Under the pieces are notes generated by a model, which saw nothing but the letters and a program-made list of their open reading frames with translations, did no database searches and had not been told where the DNA came from. From positions 4,216,001 to 4,280,000 of the forward strand of contig NC_043007.1 of assembly GCF_006345805.1 (NCBI RefSeq): a stretch of 64,000 nt of DNA, in the 5' to 3' direction. Origin of the DNA: Octopus sinensis (taxonomy: Eukaryota). Shown one piece after another: positions 47,641 through 62,348 of this stretch. Both the position numbers and the translations under genes were made by a program. Within the stretch, counting starts at the first letter, position 1. Every line of letters begins with the position of its first letter.

Positions 47641-47885
47641 CGTATGTATGTATATATCTGTGTGTGCATCTTTGCATCTGTGTTTGCCCCCGCTTCACTG
47701 GCAGCCGGTGTTGGAGTGTTTACATCCACATACCTCAGTTGTTTGGCCAAAGAGACTGACAGAATAAGTACCAGCTAGACTTAAAAGAGAAGTCCTGGCG
47801 TCGGTTTATTCGACTAAACACCTCCAAAGCAGTGCTCCAGCATGGATGCAGTCAAATGACTGAAACAAGGGAAAGAATAAAAGAA
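47641..47885 (+). mobile_element. 3' half of OK-like SINE
   Basis: Matches 14210-14410. Confidence 0.75.
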
Positions 47886-48059
47886 TATATGAATTGAAGT
47901 GTACAGTATTATATATCCATTACAGCCAATCGTACTAATCAATTAATATACTTCGATTAATATACCCACTTAACTGACAGATATATGAGTGCATTTTTTC
48001 CTGACTATGAACTCTTAGACAACTTACACACATATACACACACACATACACATACTCAT

Positions 48060-48270
48060 CTATATATATATATATGTTGGGAATTTTTTTTCCTCCGTCT
48101 TTCCGTCTTTGGATCTTTCCTTTTTCTATGTTTCTAACAGAGTGTGCTGCTCCAAACATTAAATCTTCCTTCTTTCTTTCCTTTCCTGATCATCCAATAA
48201 CACTATACTTGTTCCATGTCCTCACGTTGTTGTGTTTTCTCTTTGTGTTTTCATGTTTGGATTAACTTTA
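48060..48270 (+). mobile_element. Penelope-type terminal fragment, same family as 95-290, hammerhead core decayed
   Basis: Reverse-complement homology along about 190 bp. The core reads ctaacaga...gctccaaacatt. Confidence 0.7.
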
Positions 48271-48599
48271 TTTACATACATATATACATAACCAATATTT
48301 TTTAAGCCATACAGTGGAACTTAGTTTTTTTAACAATGTACAGTGTTGAGTGAATGTCAAAGTATGTGAGGATGTTGCTTATGAACTGAGTTATCCCATC
48401 TGCTCATAAATATTTAACAGTCCTAGGACTAACAATGTAATTTTGCAAATTGTTGATCTCACATTTGCAATGTCTTTATATTCTTTTTTTCTTCAGTTTG
48501 TTGTATAATTGCCATCAAATGTATTGTTCCTACATTTATGGGGGCTCCAAAAGGGGTCCCTGCCTTCCTGAGCTAGTTTTCCGTCACATTTCTTAAAAA

Positions 48600-48828
48600 T
48601 CATAGGGACCCCTCATGTCTAGAAACTTAGGTTGGGGGTAAGCAAGGGCATGGTCCCCATAGAAAATCCAGCTCCAAAAAAGCCTCATAATAACAAAGGA
48701 GAATTGGCACTAGTCAGCCCAAGGGTTGGGGTGGGCTGCACCTGCCTACCTTGGTTGCTATGGCATTGAGGTAGATCCAGCCACCCTTGTTATCAGGGAC
48801 AAAACCCGGATTTAAAACACTGGATGGA
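48600..48828 (+). mobile_element. Short RTE-type non-autonomous element
   Basis: ggttgggggtaagcaagggcatgg 5' segment joined to a 3' segment shared with 16910-17060. Confidence 0.5.
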
Positions 48829-49502
48829 AACACTACACAGAATTCAAACTGAGAATCTTTATTTCTAAAAAGAAGTCTATTAACCTCCTTATCCACCAGG
48901 CCACTCTACATGCACCACTGCACACATTTTTATGTCACCAAACAGCATCTGATCTTGCTGATATTTTTTTTTTTCTGATATTACATTTAGCAAAAAGCAT
49001 TTTACTAATCAAGTGACTTAATTAGAATATATGTTTGGCTCTGATATAATATGGTAGATATTATAGTGTAATATATATTAATGATATTCCAATAGCTAAT
49101 TAGATAGCAATGGTATTTTAATAACTAGTTATAATATATTGATTATTACTTAACTCTTTATTAATCACAATTGAGGACAGTAAATTAGAATTTCCTGCTG
49201 TTAATAGAGAACTTCATTACAAGCTTTGTCATGCAGCGTCTCACCGTTCTGGAACAATGTCATATTCCTTTAATCATCATCAGGGACATAAAGTATGTAT
49301 CAGTATTGTACTGGTTTTGTTGTAAGCAACTAATTCTGTCTCCTTTGCAGAAAAAGGTTTTGTACTCGAGAAAACTTATATTAATCACAGAGAACAGAAG
49401 TAAGGTCTCTTTTAATATTGTATTTTTTTTTCTTCTTTTAGTAAGTTAGAGGAGCAGGAGCAGGGTTTCCCAGACTGGTATTAAAAAAATGTGGCTGATA
49501 TT

Positions 49503-50030
49503 CATCATCATCATCTTCATTTTCATTTATTTAATGCTCATTTTCTATGCTGGCATGGGTTGGACAGTTTGACAAGAGCTGGAGAGCTGGAGAGCTTCAC
49601 CAGGCTCTAATTGTCAGTTTTTGGCATGGTTTCTATGGTTGGATGCCCTTCCTAATGCCAATAATTTTACAGAGTGTACTGGGTGCTTTTATGTGGTACC
49701 GGTGCAGGTGCTTTTTATGTGGCACCAGCATCAATGGGGTCACCAAGTAACTTGCAAGAGAAAAACCTTTTAGTTGAGAGGAGGAATGAAACTGAGGAAA
49801 GTGGTTGTGTGCTAGGCAAGTGGTTAGAGTATAATTGAAGGACAGAGATAGTTGTCTAACTACAGAAGAGATATATGGCTACCCTGGAAGGAGAAGGAAG
49901 CTGGGAGAGAGTTAGAGAGATTGTCAAAGTGAGTGAGAGAGAGAAAGAAATAGATGGTATTGGGGCCTATCCACAGGGAATCTGAAAAGCGATATCTCTG
50001 GGATAAGAAGTGTGGACAAAGAAGGAATTC
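49503..50030 (-). mobile_element. Element with purine-rich (plus strand) body plus RTE-type 3' module
   Basis: (cat)n tail and ggttggatgcccttcctaatgcc. The body resembles the reverse complement of 43030-43510. Confidence 0.65.
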
Positions 50031-51078
50031 CAGAGGGAAAATTTCCTACAAAAGAAAACCACTTAATGTGGAATATGTGAGGTGAAATGCGGTAGCGTTC
50101 TTGTTTATCCCCAGGCCAGATTGGCTAGAGCCACCCCATTTTTGCATCTCTATGATCACATTATCAAATGTGTAATTTTTCTTCAAGACAATAGAATTGC
50201 GAAGGATTTAGTTGTTATTTCTAGCATGTTGAATGACCATGTAAATGCTTCTCTAATGGCTCAGCAGGAGAGATGAGAGGTGGTAGGATGAGAAAATCTA
50301 TGTGTGGGCTAAGAAGAGCCTAGGATGAGATTTAATTCTTGTGTTAAGACATTCCAGTTCATTCCTGGAATTATCTTCCAGGAAGCATCGCATGTTCCTC
50401 TGTTGAGAATTTAGGACCTTGTAAATAAATCAAAAAAGGTACTATTATTAACAGAAATGGTACATTATTTATTGGATTAAAGGTCTGCAGTATTAAATCT
50501 CTAAAGCTTTATATTTCATGCTGTCCTTCATCCTTTCGAGATTGGTTTTATGTAATCAGATATATTAACCAGATGTTAATGGTCGGTTCTATTGATATAA
50601 TTATATTTTAGGGCTTAAATTTAATGACTAAACAGCATTTCTAATGAGTGAATTTAATGCTGTCATAACATTTCACATACACATTATTAATTTCTATGAC
50701 AAAATAATTCTAAAATGGCAGAGTTAAATGATATAACAGTTTTCAATAACATAAACGTAATGTAGCAATGCATCTATTCAGTCTTGGTGGCCCCAGCATG
50801 TGTAATTGAATACACTGGACAATTGTATTGCAGTGACAAGTATAAAATGATACAGTGTCATTTTAAAGAAGACTGGTTTAATGGAAATAGTGAATTCAAG
50901 AAGCTGAGTGCAAGGATTTATTTGCATTTCTGAAAAAAGAATATCACAGGCCTTGTTGAAAATATGTAAAGTTAGAGACAACTAATTGATTGTGACATTA
51001 AACGAGCGACTGTAGAAGGTTAAACTTCGGATACTTGATAAGCTTTATATAGACTTCAATACTCGCTTAATGATTTAT

Positions 51079-51308
51079 AAGGTGGTGAGCTGGCAGAATT
51101 GTTAGCATGCCTGGCAAAATGCTTAGTGGTATTTTGTCTGTCACTACATGCTGAGTTCAAATTCCAACAGGGTTGACTTAGCCTTTCATCCTTTCAGGGT
51201 TGATTAAATAAGTACCAGTTATGCACTGGGGCTGATGTAATTGTCTTAATTCCTTTGTCCTTGTTTGTTCCCTCTGTGTTTAGCCCCCTGTGGACAATAA
51301 AGAAATAA
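51079..51308 (+). mobile_element. Meta-domain-like SINE with 14-bp TSD
   Basis: Family match to 15865. aatactcgcttaat and aatacttgcttaat flank it. Confidence 0.85.
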
Positions 51309-51616
51309 ATACTTGCTTAATATTTGGGTGAAATTATGAATAATTTGTGCTCATAAACTAATGACTGGTAAACATACTCATATAAAGATGAAATATAAAC
51401 CAACAAGCAGTTCTCTGTGTGGTTTCTTCACCTGCTAGAAATAGTAATGAAATCTTCAAATTATAACCTGTTATTTTGAATAAAGAATGGTCACAATGGC
51501 TAATGTAGTCTTAGATAAGCAATGACTGGATGACATGGTCATGGCTGGAATGACTTTGATTATAGATATGCTCAGTGAAGGCTGATGTGGGACTGAATAA
51601 CAACAAAATAATAGTA

Positions 51617-51829
51617 TTAACCATTTTGTTACTGTATTTCTGTTGAGATACTCTCTGTTTCTTTCAATTACTTTAGTAAAATAACTTAGTTATTATCATT
51701 CAGCTAGTGTTAGGAACATAAATTGTGACTAAGGTTTGATGGAAGATTTTAGTACAAAATTTATGAAAACAAGACATTTGTACTCAGAGCCAGATCTGGT
51801 TTCAGCCGGGTTGGTAACGAAAGGGTTAA
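51617..51829. mobile_element. piggyBac-type MITE
   Basis: TTAAccattttgttac ... gtaacgaaagggTTAA: imperfect TIR with TTAA at both ends. Confidence 0.7.
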
Positions 51830-52154
51830 TATTTCATTTATCATCAATAGAAATCTGTTTAAGTTATTTTAGAAAAGATGTGGCAAGTTATTTAAGAACT
51901 AATACAATTTGAGAGGCAGAAAAGCTTGCACAGAATACGTACTGGATGAAGTTGGAACAAGGTTTTGCTATTGTCAGTAAGAGATACTTCATCCAGAATT
52001 AATAATTAGCAGAAAGACATTAAATTTCTTACATTATTTTGATAAAGTCAATTACAAGTGAAATGGTTCTTTCAGACTTAATCTCTGAGCCATTAATAAA
52101 AGCCACATCATAATTGAAAAAGGTATTAATTTAATGAAACTTACCATGTTACAG

Positions 52155-52600
52155 GTGCAGGCGTAGCTGTGTGGTTGAGAAGCTTCTTTCCCAACCCTGT
52201 GTTCTTGGGATCAGTCTTGTTGTAGGGTTACCCTCTACCATAGCCTTGGGTCATCCAAAGTCTTGTGAGTGGATTTAGTAGTTGGAAACTGAGAAAAGCC
52301 TGTTGTGTGTATGTGTGTATGTATCTGTATGTATATGTCTTTATACATATGTATATAATTGTGTGTGGCTGTGTGTGCCTTGACTTGACATTACATAGTG
52401 GATATAAACTAGCATCACTGTCAGGTAACTGATGTTGTTTCATTCCAACCACAATGAAAATATGTCCATCCATGGGGAAGTATTGCCTTGCTTAGAAACA
52501 GGTAAGCATTGGCAACAAGAAGGGCATTTAACCATAGAAAACTCTGCCTCAACAAATTCAGTCTGACCCATGCAAGCATGGAAAAGTGGACATTAAATGA
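52155..52600 (+). mobile_element. OK-like SINE head with (TG)n and an aagggcat-type 3' module
   Basis: Head matches 42211. The 3' part ggcaacaagaagggcatttaaccatagaaa...cccatgcaagcatggaaaagtggac has related pieces at about 19130-19240, 53555-53600 and 54840-54960. Confidence 0.7.
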
Positions 52601-52703
52601 ATGTGGTAATGTTTAATAAGACAGCAATATTTTGAGATGATAACTTTTTCCTTTATTAATATATTTTATCTAGTTTAAAAAATCTTTTTTAATATTTTTT
52701 ATT

Positions 52704-52751
<48 letters not shown>

Positions 52752-55700
52752 CTGTATATATATATTTCACTTCAAAATCCTGAAATCTAGAATAATTGTT
52801 TTGAAATGAATCACTAGAAACATGGTTGTAAGTTTAAGATGAAAACTGCTCAACTCTTTGTTATAAATTCAAATCTTGTTATAGACATTTTAATGTGATT
52901 TGAGGTAAAGTTGTTAAGCTGCTTGTCTCTATTTTTGCAATCTGATGCCATGCCTGCTTCAGGGTAGGAAGAGTGGCTACAAAAGTACACACTGCAGCAG
53001 CGTAGGCACACATATAAATTTCATATATGTTAGGACAGAAGAATGGAAATATAAATTGATTGAAGCAATATCTACTGCATACTTTGAAGTAGTTTGGGTT
53101 TCATGCTGGTTTCATACCTTTTACCTGTAAAATGTTATCAAGAAAGCTTGGCCTTGTAGATAGAAAAAGTTCTTATTCCCTTCACTATTATTGTATTTTC
53201 GTTATAAGGCAAATGGTCAAAGTAATAGAGTTTTTTAATTTCGTTTACAAGCGTACCATTCTGTGATCAGATTTTGCCCAGGTTAAATTTACCTTTCACA
53301 ACCAATCGTATCCTGAGTTGATCAGTAAGTAAGATGCATATTTAGGGATTGATTCATTCTCCTATAAACCTCATCTATAAACTAGTGGACTTGTGCAGTT
53401 TATGTAGATATACATTATTAAAGTGGTGGAGTTTGGACAAATTGTAGAGGGCAGAACTAGAAGGTTTAGCCCCCAAGACATTTAACTTTATGACCTTCAT
53501 AAGTATTTAATATTTATGCTTTGGTAATATATAAATATTAGATATAAGTGAGGGTTGCCGACAGGAAGGGCATCCAGCCATAGAAAACTCTGCTTCAACA
53601 AGATATAAATAAAAATGAGATTATATGTAATCCAAGCCTCTTTCAAGCACAATGATTTCTTAATTAGACATAAATCTATTTGCTAGAAAGAGAGAGGGAG
53701 AGAAACTGCTGAGATTGCATAGTGACCTTGCTTGTCTCATGGATAGTCATAGCATAAATACATTGGTATGGAAAAAAACCAGATTTGATTCAACAGAATC
53801 TTGCCTCTTGTTTTACATCAAATACCCAAGATCTAAAATCTCATATTTAGAGAATGAATAATTTTAAAACTGAATATTATTTAGTTTTTCAAGAGCACTT
53901 TCTGATGTAAGGAAAGCTATAGTTGTTATTTCCTGATGGCAACAACCAAGAATTGAAATAGAGTCAGAGATTAGGCCGACTAAGAATTTACCTTTACTCC
54001 ATTATGGGCTTCCCTTAATTATTTCCAGATTTACAGATCTCCTATAATTCCTTCCTTCTCCCTTTTTTTTTTTTACTCTTCCTTTTGCTGCTACTGTTTC
54101 ACCGTAACTGAAACAAAGAGCTAAGGGCCATACACATCACAGGAGTGAATGTGTTCGTTGAGTTTACAGCCTGTTGTCTTTTGTATCTATTTGTGATTTC
54201 CATTAAAGAGCTTAATGCAATGTATGTTTAATTTCACCAAAGGCTGACAACTAGTCAAAAAACAAAAAAAAAGGCAACAACAACAACTCAGTGTCAGTTT
54301 TAAGTGCTAACTTCCGACTCTGAAGATGAACATGATCAAAACTGTTTACTCTACACTTTAAACACACATTCCACATTGTGGTTGAATGTACATTGGCACA
54401 TACACAAATGTATACAAATACATGAACACATACGTACGAACGTGTGTGTGTGTGTAGTTGGTTGGTGCAGTTGCATAGACTGCAGGTGACAAAAACTACT
54501 CACAACAAATAATTGGGTATAGAACGAACAAATAAATCATTGAATCAGTAACTAATGATGTGCGATTTATATATCGCTTCCACTGCCTACCTTCTGTGTA
54601 AATGAACTGACCCACTGCACAGTGTGAGTGCACATTGCATGCAATACACCAACACATTTTACACACACACACCCACACGATGACCACTTGTATAATGCAT
54701 TTATGTATGTATGTGTGTGTGTTTATGTATTGTTTGTATATCTACATATATAAACAAACAGCTTAGATCATTTCTATGACACACACACACACACACACAA
54801 ACTCACACACATATGACAAACATCATCATAATCATTGTTTGAACAACATCTACTTTTCCATGATTGGACGTGTCAGATAAGAATATATTTGGGACACAAT
54901 TTTCTACAGAGCCAGATAGCCTTCTTGATGCTGAACCTTCACTTGTTTCCAAGCAAGGTAACAATTACCCAATCTCAATAATGGGTAATAATTACCCATT
55001 ATATTAAATAATGTAGTGAAGAGTGTAATATGCTTGGGAAAAAAATGAACGGCCATGGTTGGAATATCTTTAATCATAGTTCTGCTCCATCAGGGCTAAC
55101 TCAGGGCTAAACAACAATGACACCAACATTGAGGATATTGTCTAAAGTGGGGAATTATATCTACCTGAGGTGCCTATACTTTCAGAGTGGTACACACAGC
55201 CATTTAAAGATGATGTTCTTGGTCATAGACGCAAAACAATATTGGTGACAAGATGCCATCCATCAAAGTTTCAGCTGGTTGTTCTACACTTTTTTGACTC
55301 AACTTCTCTGTATTAGCAATCCTAATTGTGCTTAGATACATTTAATCAGAATTACCTTTCATCTTTTCCAAATGACAATAAAATGTCTGCCAGTAATGTT
55401 CTACGTAACCCATTCCATTTTAATCCTGCTCATTCATATATGTTGTTACGTTTAGTTGAATGGAACCATTTTTTATGGTCAAGGCACACTAGTCTACGCA
55501 CCTCCCTCTCTCACACAGAAAGTGGTTTACAATAGAGTCATGGGTAAGTGGGATGTGTAAGGTGATAGAGCCGGTCACCCAAATAAACCATTATTATTCA
55601 TTTTACTGATTAATTAACACATTCTGCTAATGAATGAGTATTGTTATGGTAATAATATATTGTCATTATCATCATCATCATTGTCATCAACATCAGCATC

Positions 55701-55996
55701 ATCATTGTCATAAGCAATGTAATTGTGAGGTGTAACCTAATGCCAACGATATATCATCGTTACAACCACTCCCCTTCTCAACATCCAGCATGAACCATAT
55801 GCAACCAACCACCTAACAGCCCCACCACCACCACCATCGCTTATATTCCTTGCTTCCATCACCATCATCTTTATGATAATGATCATCATTGAATGCTTGT
55901 TACAGCTTCTCGCTCCGGACACCACCTACCACCGACCAAATGTATCCTCCACCCAAAATACAATGTGGTGCAACTAATACTGCTGTCACTATCAGA

Positions 55997-56052
55997 ACCA
56001 CCACCACCACCACCACCACCACCACCACCACCACCACCACCACCACCACCAC
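55997..56052. repeat. (CAC)n microsatellite
   Basis: Direct reading. Confidence 0.95.
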
Positions 56053-56499
56053 ACATACAAATAATGTTACTATTATCATTACAACCATCATCCTTTCATG
56101 ACAATGGCTACTCCTACCGCTCCTCTCTTTACCATTCTCTTCCTACTTCTATTCACCATCTCCTTCTTATCACTGCTTCACACTGTCATCTCTCTCTCTC
56201 ATGTAAGTCACTGCCTATCTTACATTCCTCTTCTTCTCTTCATCATTAACACTACCTCCTCCTCCATAGTTACCATCATGGCCACCACCTTTTCCAATAA
56301 TCTGCTTTGCATTGTGACATAAGTTTGACAGGTTTGAAAAATACCTTCACCCACCACTGTCTAGAGATAAAACAATAGCACAGTGTGTGTACATATGCAT
56401 TCTGACACCCACATATGCACATATACACATATTAAATATATATATATATACGTATGTATGTGTGTGTGTGTATATATATATATACATACACATACACAT

Positions 56500-56810
56500 A
56501 GGTGCAGGTGTGGCCAAGTGACAAGAACATTGCATCTCAACCTCATGGTTCTGGGTTCAGTCACACTGTGTGGCACCTTTGGCAATTGTCTTCCACTATA
56601 GCCCTGGGCCAACCAAATCCTTGTGAGCAGATTTGGTAGACAAAAACTGAAAGTGGTCTGACCTGTGTGTATGTGTGTGTGTGTGCGCATGCATGTGTCT
56701 GTATGTGTTTGTCTGCCACCATTGCTTAATGACCAGTGTTAGTTTGTTTATATCCTTGTAAATTCATAGTTTGGCAAAAGAGACTATCAAAATAAGTATC
56801 AGGCCACTTT
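56500..56810 (+). mobile_element. OK-like SINE (decayed)
   Basis: ggttctgggttcagtcacactgtgtggcacctttggcaattgtcttccactatagcc... Confidence 0.78.
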
Positions 56811-56894
56811 CAGTTTTTGTCTATATATATATATATATATATATAAATATATATATATATTTATATGTATAAACATATTCATGTATATATATAT

Positions 56895-57154
56895 ATAGTT
56901 GGAATTTACAAGGAAACAAAAGACAAGGACAGGTGTATAAACAACGAACAGGTGTATTAGTTTAATGCTCGGGAAGGTGAAAAAGTCATTTATGTTCTGA
57001 ACGTACGCTCTTCAACAGAAAGGAACATGAGAAAATAAACAGAGAGAGAATAAAAGTGGTTTAGTGGCTAGCAGTCAATCATGGCAGCTGGTTGGATGGA
57101 GGTGGTCAGACAGGAAAGCTAGGAAGAAGGGGAGATAATAAAGTAGTGGTGATC

Positions 57155-57189
<35 letters not shown>

Positions 57190-57430
57190 AAATGAGGATT
57201 CAGATAGAATTGTGTACTTGAAAAGATATGCACCAGGTAGGGTTAGATAAAATGGTGGTTCCTGCATATGGTTGATAAGTATTAAATAGGATATTCTGGT
57301 TGTGTACACAAAGAAGACCAACCCTATGAGTATTTAGCGCCTAGGGTCTGGCACAAATTACACGTTACTTTGAGTAGTACATTGTTGGTATACACTAGGA
57401 TGTCTGACAAGTTGTAAATCTCCTCGGTGT
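56895..57430 (-). mobile_element. Penelope-like element 3' fragment with decayed hammerhead motif
   Basis: Minus strand CTTT-CTGTTGA-A-GAGC-GTAC-GTTC-AGAAC-ATA at 56987-57022. Upstream decayed coding-like text (..LCTQP..YLST..TILSNPT) weakly resembles the Cys-rich linker before GIY-YIG. Confidence 0.5.
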
Positions 57431-57603
57431 ATTATAATCAAATGAATAATAACAGAGGATGGATAATTGTCAATTATCCATCATCTGTCATTATTCATTT
57501 GATTTTATATATGTGTGTATGTATGTGTGTGTGTGTATGTGTGTGTGTATATGTGTGTATGTATGTATGCATGTATATACATGTATATATGTGTGTATAT
57601 GTA

Positions 57604-57651
<48 letters not shown>

Positions 57652-58058
57652 CACACACATACACACACGTGTGAAAGTGTGTGTGTGCGTGCATACAAAC
57701 ACGCCACAATCATTGTCTCTTTCTCTTTAACTCTTTTATTTCTCTATCAAAGTTTTATTTCTTTCTTTTTCTTTTCCATAGAAAATACAAAAAAAGAAAA
57801 CACATGCTTGTTGTTGTTGTTGTTGTTAACCCCTCTCCCTTCGATTAACCCTTATTGAGCTGATCAAAGGCATTCCAACCATGACCACTCAGTTTTAGGG
57901 ATGTTTATGATTATATTTCTTGTGTATCCTTATTAAAGATGGTGGAGTGTACTATTATGCTACTATTTCTTGCAAGTTGAGCAACAACATGATGGCTGTC
58001 ATGGTGTTAGCATGTTGGTGATCAGTCAGGTGGTATATTTCATTTCTTTATGTGTATA

Positions 58059-58062
<4 letters not shown>

Positions 58063-58148
<86 letters not shown>
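58063..58148. repeat. Pure (TG)n, about 43 units
   Basis: Direct reading. Confidence 0.97.
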
Positions 58149-58150
<2 letters not shown>

Positions 58151-59074
58151 AACAGCTGCACCATCCCAGAAATGTGAGCAGTACTCTAATATACTCTTGT
58201 GTCACATAAGGATCAGCAACTGCTTGAAGCTAAAGTAGTTTCTGGCACCAGATTCAGTTTTGGCTTTGTTATTGATGCATGGTTGCTATGCAAGACCATC
58301 ACAGATTGCAAGGCTTTAAATTCTTCCAGATTGTAAAGAAGTGACATGACAGTTGCTCAAGGGATGCAACATACATAAAATGTAAATAAACGGTAAAGAC
58401 TGAGTGAAGAAATGTGACTTTAACAGAACCACAAACCCTTCAGCCTATACATTCACATAACATTAGTTGTATCAGTTACAAACAAGCCTGTGTGTAGTTG
58501 CTTGAACCACTAGAAATAGCCACTACATCCGTACCAAATTGCATTGTACCACCTTAAACAAGGCAGGACACATTGGGTAAGTTAGTTCTTAATATGATGT
58601 CTGGATAAAAAATGAACTGAAGCACCCTTTATCATATGAGTGCTTAATCTTGGAAGAACTGATGCTAAACAATAGCATCAACATCCATTTGCAAACTGTT
58701 TTGTATTATTAGAAGTACAGTTGGTCAGGTAACTGGAAGATAGTTTTAATCTTTAGCACACTGCAAGTGCATCATGTCACTGTGTGAGTTTTTCTCCCCT
58801 GTAGTAACAGAGCAGTGGTAGGGGAAACAATTCTAGAGAAAATGCTGTGTGCTAAAGGTTAATTGCTAAAAAGCAAATGAAATCTTTATATTACAATAGA
58901 CTTGTCTTCAGAAATCCCCCATTCTTCATTTCAATCATCACCTGAATATTTCTCTTCCATGTCTTAGACCAGCCACCTATATGAATGGAATAAAACAAAT
59001 TTTGCATAAATCAGACAAGTGGTTGTGGATGTAGTGGCTATTTCTAGTGGTTCAAAAAAATTGTAGCTGTGATA

Positions 59075-59310
59075 CCCGTGCTGGTGGCACGTAAAAAACA
59101 CCATCCGAACATGGCCGATGCCAGTCCCGCACTGACAAGCATCTGTGCCAGTGGCACATAAAAAGCACCAACCGATCATGGCCATTGCCAGCCTCCTCTG
59201 GCCTCTGTGCTGGTGGCATGTAGAAAGCATCCACTACACTCACGGAGTGGTTGGTGTTAGGAAGGGCATCCTGCTGTAGAAACACTGCCAGATCAGACTG
59301 GAGCCTGGCT
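59075..59310 (+). mobile_element. RTE-type 3' module, three tandem units, tail missing
   Basis: gtggcacgtaaaaaacaccatcc repeats followed by ggttggtgttaggaagggcatcc. Confidence 0.8.
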
Positions 59311-59899
59311 ATATTCAATTTAGAGCAACATCTTGCTGCCACTCACTGATGTGGTTTGACTCTAAAGATATGCATTCAGTCACTGAAAAAATTAGAAACA
59401 CTGACTAAATGAAACAAGATGCAGTACATAAGGCACTGCTCCAGTGTGGCCAGACTCAATACTTTACAGCTGTTCAAACTGATTAAAGTGTGAATGCAAA
59501 AGGTGAGATAGCATAAATTTGGGCAAAACATTCTTTTCATATCTAAATCTGTCTTACGGAGAACTGTAATTGATGGCAGAAATAAACGTGATCAAAGCTC
59601 ATGAAAAGAACTTTGACAGAATTTGAGTGGGGGAGGGAAGGAAAAATGCCCTGAAATTCTTAAAGTTGGTTGAGTGTTACTTAGAATTAGTCTTTGTATT
59701 GTGTGATCAAACTCACTTTTTTTTGTTTTAGTTATCTATGAGGCATGAGACATTAATCATAAATAAGAACAGCTTCAACTAGGTGTCAAAACTGGACCAT
59801 GAAACTGGCTCATCAGGAGATTACCAACACCATACTGTGCTTGAGAGATAAAATTTTCCTAAGTGTAGAGAATATGGATGGATTCTAAGATATAAGTGC

Positions 59900-62034
59900 A
59901 TGCAAACAATTTAGCAAAAATTATGATGGACATAAGGATGGAGAGTAAAGGAGAAAATTTACCTAAGAAGAAAATATAAATTAATAACTATAGTGAAAGA
60001 TTTTGAAGTAGCTTCTTGCTAAGCTCGATAATAAGATTAACAGATATAAGAACAAATGAAAAGAAATCTTCAAAGAAATAATGATCTTAAAAGATCTAAG
60101 AATAACCACAAAACTGAAGATTTGCCAAGGTTTGAACAAACTACCAGAAAATTACAAGAGGTGATTGGATAAGCTAAGACGTAGCGAGATAGTATTATTC
60201 AAAATGTCAGCTATAGTTAAACTAGCTATGCTGTATATTTAGAGAAAGTAGATGACATTTCTAAGGTACTTTTAAGATTTTTTAAATGATATATGAGAGC
60301 AAAGAAAAGAATTTCAACCTTGCAGTAGGTGAAAAGGATATTCAGGAAGATGACAAAAAGAAAACTAATGGAAGAATTTGAGATCAATGAAAGGAATCTT
60401 TTTAATGTAGTAAAAATATAAAGGATTGGTCTGTTCTAGGTATTGACGGCACCGACAGCTATTGTTGGAAATAGTTAAGTTTGATTTGAATGTCAATAAG
60501 CTTAAAATTCTTTTCAAAATTAGCTTATTAGACACTATACTAAAGTGGATATCATTCAAAATAGGAAGAATGAAATGAAATAAGAGACAAACAGTGGAAT
60601 CCTTTAGTTGTAAATATTCAGATAATTTCCTCTCTTCTATTATAGAAAACCACATTTAAACAGTCGTACAATATAAAATAATAGCAGATGGAAAAATACT
60701 CAACAAAATAAGCTCACTACTATTGTTAAAGAAAATCTTTGAGAATTTAATCTGAAGGTGAGTAGATTACCGTATGGTTCTGGAAAACTTAGATAAGACT
60801 TTTTAAAAAGTGGTGGGCGATTATAAATAATGATGTGTTATAAATAGTTGTCAACACTTTCAGAATAAACTGAAGAAAAAGAAAGCATAGTTATAGAGTT
60901 TCGAAGCTCACTTTTCCACAATGTGCCACTGGGTCCAATGCTATTGTGTGGCACTTTTCGCAAGTGTCTTCTACCATAGCTTTTGGTTGACCAGTATTCT
61001 TCATGTGAGGCAGAAATAAAAAGCTTTGTGGAAGTTGATGGATGAAATACTGTTGGAGGCTGTCGTGTGTGTAGAATGGGATAATCCAGTAGAGGTATTG
61101 TGGTGCAAATGTTATGGTAATGTCTGTAAATCCTCAAAGTATATTGATGAAATAACTGAAAAAAAAAAACCCCAGTGTTTTCGAATAAAAGTAAATACCT
61201 TAGGTGATATTTGTTCTGCCTGAGTTATGCAAACAATCTATTGTCACTGTTGCCATCAGAAATATAATGACCAAGTGATTGGCCAGTTGGAAACCTGTAA
61301 CAAATGAGGTTATGATTTATTAAATGCAATGTAAAATGAAAGCAAAAAGAAAAGCAATAAACTGGTTTTAGTGTTGAAAGGAATTTTATGAAAATTACAT
61401 GAAGATGAAAATGTATAACCAACAGTATAGTTATGTGTGTGTGTGTGTACTTTAGTCTGTTTTAAAATCTAATTGAAAGGGTTAGTGATTGCCACACAAC
61501 TAAAAAGTATAATAGATTGTAGGATGAGACAAACTAGTAGGAGAAATATCATTGGAGCACACACAGCCTGACTGTCAATGGTTTAAACCTATGGTAAGAA
61601 AGCCACAGTCATGCTGGAAGAAGTTAATGAAATCACTGCACTTACTATTCATGTCACACGGATATGTAATGGTATTAAGAAATGAATAGGTACAGTACAT
61701 TAAAACTGGTGGATTGAGAGAACTTGTAAAATTAATGAAGTCTCTTGACTTTTGATAGAAGATGTCAAATAAATTTCTCAGATGTGATTGGGAGGAAAAG
61801 ACAGACAAGCAAAGCACCTGGAATACATTTACATTTGAAACCGAGGAATAAACAAAGAACATACTTAAGTTGGAAATGTATAGCAAGAAGCTAATGAAAG
61901 CAATAAATTTCTCGGTAATCCCAGCGGCACAATTTGTAACAAGAACATGATTCAGTTGAGCAAAGTAAACTCTGAAATACTGGATAAGATTGTTGAGGGA
62001 ATACTGAAAGAGTGAGCGTATCATGTATGGATGT

Positions 62035-62070
<36 letters not shown>

Positions 62071-62315
62071 GTGTGTGTGTGTGTGTGTGCGTGTGTCTGT
62101 GTGTGTGTGTGTGTGCATTCTGAGAGCAAGCCTGACCGGTTGATGAATATCTGCAGACATAGAAAAGTGGAGCTGGCAAAGAGGAAGTGCTGCAATGGTA
62201 ATAGACTGTTGGATGGTTAACTGGAAGACAATGTCTTGAAATAAATAAATTAGAAAAAACAGCAGCAGAGATGAAACTGTTGGGAAGAATATTGTTTCAT
62301 TTGGAAAAGGAGTAG

Positions 62316-62348
<33 letters not shown>

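Noticed and set aside
48540-48625. HDV-like ribozyme at an RTE-type 5' end
   Set aside because: A 10-bp inverted repeat (aggggtccct/agggacccct) is present, but I could not build the nested double pseudoknot.
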